A stretch of 64,000 nt of DNA. Origin: Octopus sinensis. Its lineage: Eukaryota. The notes beneath the pieces were generated by a model. The model made no database searches, had not been told where the DNA came from, and saw nothing but the letters and a program-made list of their open reading frames with translations. The stretch spans positions 141,546,001 through 141,610,000 of the forward strand of contig NC_043000.1 in assembly GCF_006345805.1 (NCBI RefSeq), read 5' to 3'. Position 1 is the first letter of the stretch; every line of letters begins with the position of its first letter. Of this stretch, positions 53,871-64,000 are shown in pieces. The position numbers were made by a program, and so were the translations under genes.

Positions 53871-54252
53871 GGAGGCGCAATGGCCCAGTGGTTAGAGCAG
53901 CGGACTCGCGGTCATAAGATCGCGGTTTCGATTTCCAGACCGGGCGTTGTGAGTGTTTATTGAGCGAAAACACCTAAAAGCTCCACGATGCTCCGGCAGG
54001 GACGGTGGTGATCCCTGCTGTACTCTTTCACCACAACTTTCTCTCACTCTTACTTCCTGTTTCTGTTGTACCTGTATTTCAAAGGGCCGGTCTTATCACT
54101 CTCTGTGTCACGCTGAATATCCCCGAGAACTACGTTAAGGGTGCACGTGTCTGTGGAGTGCTCAGCCACTTACACATTCATTTCACGAGCAGGCTGTTCC
54201 GTTGATTCGGATCAACCGGAACCCTCGGCGTCGTAACCGACGGAGTGCTTCC
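53871..54252 (+). mobile_element. tRNA-Arg-head SINE, variant C1, full length
   Basis: Near-identical to the 41420 and 60411 copies; preceded by (TG)n. Confidence 0.93.
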
Positions 54253-56401
54253 ATATAGGATGCACCAGCTGGCATTAAGACTAACTCAGTGCAACATACT
54301 GAGTTACATTTACTTATGGCTCTGTCAACAATGCAAGGCTAAACTCAGACCCGTATTTACTGTTAATCACGCACGAAGATAAATCGTACTAGAATAATTA
54401 ATGTTCACTGCCTAATCAAAGTTACTCTTAAAGTTCACCAAGAACCCACCACGTGTTATGAGTGCGACTGGAAATACGCTGTATTGCGAAATGCAGCACA
54501 GATGATATCCAATCAATATTGCTCTATTGCAGTTCCATCAGTTTAGCGGTACATGTGTGACTTTTTGATTTACGTGAGTAACATCGCCAAGAATATATGT
54601 GCATCCTCTACGGAAACTAATACCCCCATATTTCATTCATTGTCATTCTATAGAAACATCAGTGTGAGTATGGGGAAATATAAATTGCAACATAAATATT
54701 TCACCCATAGCACTTTCTTAATAGAAACGTGGAATAAAGCATAAGGCAAAAACTCCATTGATTGTGTTCTGGTAATAAAAACAAAAAAACCTGCACATGC
54801 ATCGCAGTGGGGATATAGTCTAATTCACTCTGCCGACTACTTATATATGAAATCAGAAATCTTCAATATATGTCAAACCTTCCGAAAGTATTTTCAGGAT
54901 CTATCGTTTGCATAATATTAAGTAGAAAGATATACAAACTGTTGAATGGAAAGATTAAAACTTTTTTAAATATTAAAACTATTCCTCGATAATACTTACA
55001 CAAACAAAATTCCCACTTTCAATATTATATCTGCTGTAGAACCCCATCTGATATTCTGTATATTTTATAATTCCAAATGTCTTTCTCCTCAACAATCGCT
55101 TTACTTTAGTTAAACCATTATCTTCAACGTTTAAGAATTCATCTGTTCTTATAGCACATTTTGGTTTTAATTATAAATAACAGTCATTCATCGATTGAAC
55201 GGATTAATAAAGAAAGGTATGTTTTTTATAATACAAAAACTCGTTAAATGAAAAGAAAACTAAAGTGATTATTTATTTATTTATTATTTATTTATTATTT
55301 ATCAACGCCATATTTTAAAATGTAATATAAACAGAAGCCGTTTCCCCTGTGAAACACCACAGGCCACCTTTAAAATTGAAGAGCTTGGATATTTTGCCCC
55401 AGCATAAATGAGAGATATAGAATGGGTATGACTACAATATCCTTGATCATAGTTATATTCGATTAGCGCTGACCTCACTATCGAGAGCCTCACAGTCTAT
55501 TTCCTTCCACCAGATTTGCATTTCCGTAATATTATGAAGATTTACGTATAATTCTCTTCCTATTCTTCCCACAAAAATACGATCGACACCTCCTACACTG
55601 CTACTCCTAAATTGTGTCCAAAACATTACATTATCTAACATCTATATTTCAACAAGTAACATATACAATGCTAGCAGACCTGTTATCTGCACATATTTTG
55701 GGGAAAAAAAAAGAAAAAATTAAAAATCTTCTCACCTAATCACATTTAATATTATATATCTATTATATCTATTTTCAGTCTGTTGGTTGATTAAGTTCCA
55801 TTAAATGTTGGTGACCATAATGAAGACAACGACTAATTTTATTACTTTAGAGAGGATATTTTTAGCTATATACAATCTATGGTCCAATGTTATCTCCTAT
55901 GAATGACCATGTTGAAATTGTGAACTTTGAACTTACTAACAAATAAATTTATTTACTTATTGATTAATGAATTTCACTCATTTCTTTTATCTCAGTTTAT
56001 TACTCCCATTTATTTACATATCTTTTTTCCTTCTCCCTCTCTTTAACCTTTCTTAATAACCCTCTAGCATTAACGAACTTAGAAGTATGAACACATTTAC
56101 ACTTTTCATACCAAATAATACTGGCATCTCCCCACTCTCTCTGTCTCTCTGTCACCGCCTTTCTCTTGGTCATCAAATATAATTACATCTCTAATGCTAG
56201 GATTTTCAATCTGCTTCTCACATACTTTCCTTAAATATTCCTTACATAATCAATTATGGAGGTGCTAGGAATTGCCCAGCCTTTTAACAAGAAATCCAAC
56301 AATCAAACTCTATCATTACCACTTTAAAGTCCTACCTCAATCCATACGTATCATGGATTTTCGCTATCTCAATTTCTTCTGTGCGCACGCACTTACAGAA
56401 G

Positions 56402-56465
<64 letters not shown>

Positions 56466-57162
56466 AGCACATATACATGTATATGGACATACGTATGCAT
56501 ATGTACTTGAGTGTGTGCTCCTCACCACTTGACAATTACTGTTAGTGTATTTTCGCCCCATCTCTGCTACATAAAGGTTCGTCAAATGTGGAGGATAAAA
56601 TAATTACCAGATATAGATCAAGTACGGGTGTCAATGCGTGGGTCAGAATGCACAAATCCAATTACTGAAAGAAGTAAAAGAGAAAAGGTTGTGTGTGTGT
56701 GTGTGCGTCCATAGATATGTATATATGTTCATATGTATGTATAAATATATACACACATATATATACATATAATAATGATAATAATAATAATAATAGGACA
56801 AATAAATATAAGTCGATTAGTGTGTTTAAATGTACCCAATAAAGATTTAATACCGAATCCATCTCCTGTTAATTAATTAATTAATATATCATTATCACTT
56901 TAAAGTTTTACCAATAATGAGTTTTAAAAAATTGAGAAACAGAGGCAGACAGAAAAAAGGTAAATGTCCCTTGAATTTGAAAACTATGGAAATATTAAAA
57001 AAGCAATGTATTTCATTTAATTTTTCACAATTTATTGTTTTTCATGCTTTACTGTAAGTTGAAAATGTCGCAAAGCCTAAAAACGGACTAAAATTTTCTT
57101 CAAGATAAAAATTATTTTAGCATTTTCTACCTTGTTTTATTTTCCCTATATATATTTATATA

Positions 57163-57792
57163 TAGGAGATGCTCTCAGAAGGTTCCCAAATTACTCATGT
57201 TTAATAAAAAACAAATTATTCATGTAATTTTTAACGTCATCCCCATGGAAATAGCTACCTTGCGCAGCAGCGCACCGGTCCCAGCGTTCCTGCCACTTTT
57301 GGAATCCAGCCTGGAAGTTCTTTCTGTAAGCGAGTTGAGCACCTTCTGCGAGTCTCTCTGGATCTTGACAACGGCGTTAAAACGGCGACCTTTGAGCTGT
57401 ATTTTCTTCTTCGAGAAGAGATGGAAGTTCGCAGGTGTAAATCTGACGAATAGGGCGGGTGCGGGAGCGATACCATGATATTTTTGGGGAGAAACTCACG
57501 AGTAAAGAGATCTCGGTGGCAGGGTGTATGGTCTTCGGGAAAAATCCAGTAATTCACGCGCCTCAGGTCCAGTCCCTTTCACCGAATGTCTTTCCTAAAA
57601 CTCTTCAAAACGTCTCGATCGATAATCTAGTCTGGACCTGTGTGGCGAATTCTCGATGCACAATACCACATTTCAGTATTTAATGCTTGTGACAGGTCTT
57701 GCAGATCGCACATCGTCATCCAGGCATGTTCTTCCGCCTTTGAAGAGCTCGTGCCACTAGAAACATTTCGTGCAACCATTTGTCTCGTCACT
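57163..57792 (-). mobile_element. Internally deleted mariner relic, interrupted by a SINE
   Basis: HTPCHRDLFTREFLPKNIMVSLPHPPYSSDL and FHLFSKKKIQLKGRRF match the mariner DNA..H and HPPYSPDLAP motifs. The N-terminal WHELFKGGRTCLDDDVRSARP matches the HTH region. Confidence 0.9.
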
Positions 57793-57798
57793 GTAAGC

Positions 57799-57945
57799 GG
57801 TGTAGTAAGTAGCTTACCGACAATATGGTTCCGGTTTCAGTCCCACAGCGTGACACCTTAAGCAAGTTTCTTCTGTCATGGCCTCGGGTCGAATAAAGCA
57901 TTGTGAGTGGATTTGATAGACGGAAACTGAAAGAATCCCGTCGCG
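57799..57945 (+). mobile_element. SINE family A 5' half
   Basis: GTAGTAAGTAGCTT...GGTTTCAGTCCC...GACGGAAACTGAAAGAATCCCGTCG. Confidence 0.8.
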
Positions 57946-58044
57946 TGTGTATATATATATGCAAACAAACACAAACACACACACATACACACATATACGT
58001 ATATGTATATATGTTATCTATCTATCTATCTATCTACATATATA

Positions 58045-58255
58045 TAATTAATCCAAAAAATGCAGAAAAATACAAGGAAAATACAACAACGCGATGACGT
58101 GGTGTATGCAAGTATTAATATGACGCCCAAGAATGGAAAGAAAGAGTGTTTTACGTTTCGAGCAAAGCACTTCTTCAGAAACAGGAGACAGAGGAAAGTC
58201 CAAGAGAAAAGGAAGATGGAGGGAAAAGCCACCAACAATCCACACGTAGTTGCAT
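58045..58255 (-). mobile_element. PLE-type terminal repeat of the same family as 6804-7006
   Basis: By-eye homology; contains an HHR; the 3' end abuts a TA/TATC tract. Confidence 0.7.
58147..58183 (-). ncRNA. Minimal type I hammerhead motif
   Basis: TGTTT-CTGAAGA-A-GTGC-TTT-GCTC-GAAAC-GTA^AAACA. Intact core, 5-bp stem I, one mismatch in stem II. Confidence 0.7.
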
Positions 58256-58264
58256 ATATATATG

Positions 58265-59042
58265 AAAACTTGGTACTGGTTCAAATATACTTGAGACATA
58301 TTCGAACCCGTAAGAAAGCTGTTCACAACATTTTGTCATAGAGAAAAGTTCTAGCTGTGGTAAAAAAAAAGGTGTAAACACACCAAGTTGGGGAGTCTAT
58401 AGATGCATGCATTCGAAATAGTTATCTACTCTTCCGTATCAAATATTGGAAAGTAGGGCGCTACGAACTGAGAACGAAAGACCAGGTTTCTTTTATCATA
58501 TGCAAGTCAATATACTGTAACTGGTTGCGCTAATTGGTGGCCCGGCTGTAATAATGTAAAAATGAAAATTAGTAGCGCTATGAGGTATATGTACAAATAG
58601 TAACTTGTTACCATTTGTAAAATGTTCTATCTAGACATATTCGAACCTCTGACTAAGAAATTCCATGCATTTTGTGATAGAACTGGCAAAGTAAGATCAG
58701 GTCCCTCTTGTTATATTCCAGTCAAATAACTGTGACTGTTTGTGCTAATAGGCGGCTTGGCCGTAAAATACAGGCTAGAAGCGCTAAGCAGTGATGTGTA
58801 TAAATATATACTTGGTACCAGTTCAAATAAGTTTGAGACAAAGCGATCCCCGTGAGATAGTCATTCACTGCCTGTGGCTATAAAGATAACTTGTGGCTGT
58901 AGACATCGATCTTCGTAGAGGGTTATGCGAACTGACATCTGTTTGTCATACAGCGAGAATTTTTCTTCATGACAAAATGCAATGAATGGGTTTTACTCTG
59001 GTTCGTATATGTCTCAGGTATATTTGAACTGGTTACAATTTT
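58265..59042. mobile_element. About 780-bp element with imperfect terminal inverted repeats (roughly 80 bp) and internal degenerate sub-repeats; MITE or foldback-like
   Basis: Left AAAACTTGGTACTGGTTCAAATATACTTGAGACATATTCGAACC; right GGTTCGTATATGTCTCAGGTATATTTGAACTGGTTACAATTTT; internal copies near 58620 and 58810. Confidence 0.65.
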
Positions 59043-59253
59043 ATAGTTGCACATATCACTGCTTAGAGCTTATAATATTTCTGTGTGTGTGTGTGTGCGT
59101 GTGTGTGTGTGCGTGTGTGTGTGTGCGTGCGTATATATATATATGTATGGTTGATTCTTCAATTAATAAAATTTAACGTGTCTTGAATGGTACAACAATG
59201 CAGAGTGGACTATAATAACAGTTATAATTTAATTACCCATATACTGATATAAT

Positions 59254-59291
59254 AATAATATTTCGGAATACAAAAATTCCTTCTTCAGATT
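59254..59291 (-). ncRNA. Isolated minimal hammerhead-like motif
   Basis: AAT-CTGAAGA-A-GGAAT-TTTTGT-ATTCC-GAAAT-ATT^ATT. Intact core, perfect 5-bp stem II, weak 3-bp stem I. Confidence 0.5.
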
Positions 59292-60410
59292 TCGCTAGGA
59301 ATTGATCTAGTCACTGCTATAATCGGTTTTCCAACAGTTACTCTGCAATTAATGTTAGACTAGTTTTTATACGTAAGAATAACAAACATTGGTGAATAAA
59401 TATATATGTATGCATATTTGTATGAACATGTATGTGTATGCCTATGTATGTATAAATTATACATAATATATGCACAGACACGTACATTTATATAGATTTA
59501 TTTAATGTATATATACATAAAAACATGTATGCATACATACATACATACACAAATTAGCATTTGATAATGAAAAAGAAAATATTATTTGTGTGACTCGACG
59601 TGGTTATTCGAATATTTCAAAAGTCATACAGAAGAGAGAGATAATTAACTGCTCTAGTATATAAATGGAGAAACTTTTAATTAAAGTCCTGCATGAATAA
59701 GGTTATAGTCGGAGAAAAAATTCCCGGCAGCGCATTTGTAAACGTCAGTGGTATCGACAACTTTCAACAGAATATTTGTCTTCAACACGTTGCTCTCTAT
59801 TATGCTTTCTATCTATCTACCTATCAAAATACTAAGATCAACATGATGAACATGATTGCCAGAAGCGTTGTGTCTAACGGAAGATTAGCTTTGTGTGATA
59901 AATCTTTCCCAGTGCGCAAGTCGAATATAAGAGTGCGAAAATTATTAGAAAAAATTCTTTGTGGCCTATGCCCTTTGTTTGAGTTCCTGTAGACCAGTAA
60001 TCGTAATTTCTTTAACCCAATGAAGTACGGGATTTTCTGATGTGTAGAACAACATTAGGTTAAATAACAAAATGCCTTAATCATTACTATCAAATAACGA
60101 TTCGGAAAAGTTGCCAAATTCTTAGTGCAGACACTTTGCAATATCGATATAAGCTCTTTAATGCATTTTCTTCGATTATAACCGTAATTCATCGAAGCTA
60201 AAAATAAAATCCTGACGACATTCAAATTTCTGTGTAATGGCTGGACGTTCTACAAGGAGTTTTATTATTATTTTTTAGCTGCATTGGTATATGCACCAGC
60301 TCGTCTATATCAGTTTTCCTAAGACTACGACATACAGAGCTATTCTTAAAACCTGCAAACATTGTTACTAACTGCTGGCAAATGTTTCGTCGCAACCCTC
60401 TGTCATCTAT

Positions 60411-60797
60411 TTTTGGAAGCACTCCGTCGGTTACGACGATGAGGGTTCCGGTTGATCCGAATCAACGGAACAGCCTGCTCGTGAAATTAACGTGTAAGTG
60501 GCTGAGCACTCCACATACACGTGCACCCTTAACGTAGTTCTCGGGGATATTCAGCGTGACACAGAGAGTGACAAGGCCGGCCCCTTGAAATACAGGTACA
60601 ACAGAAACAGGAAGTAAGAGTGAGAGAAAGTTGTGGTGCAAGAGTACAGCAGGGATCACCACCATCCCCTGCCGGAGCGTCGTGGAGCTTTTAGGTGTTT
60701 TCGCTCAATAAACACTTACAACACCCGGTCTGGGAATCGAAACCACGATCCTATGACCGCGAGTCCGCTGCCCTAACCACTGGGCCATTGCGCCTCC
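60411..60797 (-). mobile_element. tRNA-Arg-head SINE, variant C1, full length
   Basis: Perfect 16-bp TSD ACCCTCTGTCATCTAT at 60395-60410 and 60798-60813. Confidence 0.95.
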
Positions 60798-60903
60798 ACC
60801 CTCTGTCATCTATATTTCATTAAAGTAGACACTGCCTAATCACAAATGTTATCTTGAGGTCAATGAAATGTTTGCTATGCCACGTATTCCACTTACATTT
60901 CTT

Positions 60904-61302
60904 ATTTATTTATTGCCCACAAAGGGCTAAATAAAGAGGGGTCAAACAAGGACAGACAAAGTGATTAAGTCGATTACATCGACCCCAGTGCGCAACTGAT
61001 TCTTATTTAATCGACCCCGAAAGGATGAACGGCAAAGTCGACCACGGCGTAAATTTGAACTCGGAACGTAGCGGCAGACGAAATCCCAATTTCTTTATTG
61101 CTCACAAGGGGCTAAACACAGAGAGGACAAACAAGGACTGACAAGGGGATTAAGTCGATTACATTGACATCAGTGCGTAACTGGTACTTAAGGATGAAAG
61201 GCAAAGTCGACCTCGGCGGAATTTGAACTCAGCACGTAACGACAAACGAAATATCGCTAAACATTTTGCCCGGCATGCTAACGTTTCTGCCAGCTCGCCG
61301 CC
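60904..61302 (-). mobile_element. Head-to-tail dimer of SINE family B (one near-complete and one 5'-truncated copy)
   Basis: Two consecutive family B bodies; one TSD pair CACTTAC(A/T)TTTCTT at 60890-60903 and 61306-61319. Confidence 0.85.
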
Positions 61303-61451
61303 TTTCACTTACTTTTCTTTAGTAATTTACCACGTGAATAACACATACACGTCTATCTAGTAACTTGCAGCTTTCGAATTTAATCGTCGATGCATTTTTC
61401 ATTCTCTTTGTTTGAGCTGATGGGAAATTCACGACACTGAAAAAGACTCAC

Positions 61452-61496
61452 CGACTGTCGTTATCTTCCGTTCAAGGAATGACTTCATTTTGTCAT
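61452..61496 (-). CDS. Candidate 45-nt phase-1 exon (DDKMKSFLERKITTVG)
   Basis: Donor TCG|GTGAGT and a short acceptor GCTTTAG; symmetric open frame. Confidence 0.25.
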
Positions 61497-62389
61497 CTAA
61501 AGCAATGGTTTGGCCTGATTTCTTGTCCAGTTAACACCGGAGCTCACTGGCTTCCTTTTATCTGACGGGCCTGTTCCATTTTTCTCACTTCTTATACAAT
61601 ATTATTTAGAAAGGCAGTGTGTGCCTATAGCTCAAAATTGCAGCGAGGTCCCATATGAGCAGATTTGGTTGATATTCATAACGCTGCAAATGTCAATTGG
61701 CTTAAATGCATACAGTCGAAGGTCATAGCGATCTATCTAATATGTAATGTAATAACCAATTATATTATCAGCTAGAATGAGTACATGTTAAAAGAAAATA
61801 TTTTATACAAGTTATTTTGAATTATGAACAACGGATAAAAAAAACGGTTGAGTTTTAGTTAGTATTCAATTTTGAATACGTATTTATTAGCGATAACGTT
61901 ATATTTCTTTATTCAGGAATATTGCTAATTACATTATCAGTTTTCTGGTGTTGTAATAGAAATTGAAAGGTTAAGTTTGCTAAAATTAAAATGAAATATA
62001 CAATTATTTGGATGAGATTTTTCCTTAGAAGAGAGCTAATGTAAGACTCAAAAATATTGATTTCGTGATAATTAATGCTTGTTACTTCGCTGATTTTTTT
62101 TACAGAAATCCTGTTGATCAATATTTCGAGAATTACGATATTATTTAGATAAAAAGAGAGGCAATTGATATTTAAACATGGCCTTACATATAATAACAAC
62201 AAATTCAAGTGGCTGTTCCCTAAGCTCCAGATTGTTAACCAATAATAACGTATGAGTGTAATGTGCATACCATCAAGTCAACCCGATCATTGGTTTACTG
62301 CGAAACAATTCAAGTTTCTACACCTCCAGCACATAAATTTCGTCCATAACCCAGCTACACACAATTTTATTTCCTCTGACTTTATATAT

Positions 62390-62559
62390 AGGCGTAGGAG
62401 TGGCTGTGGCTGTGTGGTAAGTAGCTTGCTTACCAACCACATGTTCCGGGTTCAGTCCCTGCGTGGCACCTTGGGCAAGTGTTTTCTACTATAGCCTCAG
62501 GCTGACCAAAGCCTTGTGGTGGACTTGGTAGACGGAAACTGAAAGACGCCCGTCGTATA

Positions 62560-62606
<47 letters not shown>

Positions 62607-62619
62607 CATATATAAATAT

Positions 62620-62665
<46 letters not shown>

Positions 62666-63065
62666 CACAATATATATATATAATACATAATATATATAAC
62701 CCATATATATATTATATATATTATATATATATATATATTATATATATATATATATATATATGTGAGGCGCAATGGCCTAATGGTTAGAGCAGCGGACTCG
62801 CGGTCGCAGGATCGCGGTTTCGATTCTCAGACCGGGCGTTGTGATTGTTTATTGAGCGAAAAACACCTAAAAGCTCCACGAGGCTCCGGGGGGGGGGTGA
62901 TCCCTGCTGTACTCTTTCACCACTCTTTCTTTCACTCTTCCTTCTGTTGGCCTGCTCGCTTAGCCAGCGGGGTGGCGCCATTCGAAGGCTAAGAAAACAA
63001 TGCAAACGCATTGTGACCAGCGATGTGTAACATCTGATGGTCTGGTCGGTCACGTGATCACGTGA

Positions 63066-63101
<36 letters not shown>

Positions 63102-63302
63102 TTGTGTTCCTGTGTTTGTCCCCCCAACATCGCTTGACAACCGATGATGGTACGTTTATGTCCCCGTAATTTAATGGTTCGGCAATAGAGACCGATAGAA
63201 TAAGTACTAGGCTTACAAAGAATAAGTCCTGGGGTCGATTTGCTCAACTATAGGCGGTGCTCCAGCATGACCACAGTCAAATGACTGAAACAAGTAAAAG
63301 AG
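62390..63302 (+). mobile_element. SINE family A split by a nested insertion (5' half 62390-62558, 3' half about 63087-63302)
   Basis: Both halves are recognisable, separated by expanded (TA)n and a C2 SINE. Confidence 0.88.
62763..63064 (+). mobile_element. tRNA-Arg-head SINE, variant C2 with a distinct 3' half ending GTGATCACGTGA
   Basis: Same first roughly 160 bp as C1, then unrelated sequence. Confidence 0.85.
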
Positions 63303-63417
63303 TATATATAAAAAATTTAAAAATATATACGTATATAAAATTTTCAACTTAGCTTGAAAAACTCCTGCTAATGTAGCAGAAAAATGTAAATGAAAGAAAA
63401 TCTATTTTTGTGGCTAA

Positions 63418-63720
63418 AGACGCTGAGCTGGCAGAATTGTTAGCACGCCGGGCAAAAACATGTTTCATTAAAGTAGACACTGCCTAATAACAAATGTCAT
63501 CTTGAATCAATGAAACGTTTCCTATGTCGCGTATTACGCTTACATTTCTTTTAGTAAGCTTTACACGTTTAGAGTTCAAATATCATCAGAGGTCTGCATT
63601 GCATTTCATCGTTTCGGCATCGATGGAATAAGTACCACTTGTGCACTGGGCTTGATATAGTTGACTATATCCTCCCCGAAATTTCAAGTCTTGTGCCTAA
63701 TGTTGAAAGGAATATTACAA
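63418..63720 (+). mobile_element. Diverged SINE related to family B, interrupted by about 105 bp of local sequence
   Basis: Head GAGCTGGCAGAATTGTTAGCACGCCGGGCAAAA at 63425; the body resumes with GAGTTCAAAT near 63570. Confidence 0.65.
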
Positions 63721-64000
63721 TGGCTAAATGCTAGCAGAATTGGTACTGCACCGCGAAAATACTTAGTGGCATTTCGTCCATCTACTTTCTGAATTCAAAT
63801 TCCCTGGACATTGCTGGCCTGGTACCAAATTTTGAATCTACTTTTACTAAGAAGGGAAGAAATATTGATGCAATTGAGCGCTGGTGCATAATATGGCATA
63901 TCAGAAATAACTGAGAAATCACATTCATATCACAACTAGCCTTAACATTTATCTGACATATTTTTATGACTGGAAGCTAAAGCTTAACTTAAATCCTATT

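Overview
Strongly AT-rich, microsatellite-saturated animal genomic DNA. The SINE families and repeat landscape point to an octopus (coleoid cephalopod) intron or intergenic region; this assignment is an inference from recognised repeats and was not verified by search. No complete, nameable protein-coding gene is present, and almost all ORFs in the track are translations of simple repeats. The recognisable content is: three groups of tRNA-derived SINEs (several with clear TSDs); relics of Penelope-like elements (PLE, GIY-YIG), two mariner transposons, a Helitron helicase and an RTE LINE; a 3' half of tRNA-Glu(TTC); and several weakly supported small exons of a possible minus-strand gene. The most notable signal is a set of PLE-type hammerhead ribozyme (HHR) motifs and long fold-back palindromes next to (TA)n tracts. 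The best example is at about 19.86-21.03 kb, a 577-bp tandem unit whose 330-bp palindrome carries an intact-looking hammerhead on each strand (4 HHRs in total). All coordinates and alignments were derived by eye.
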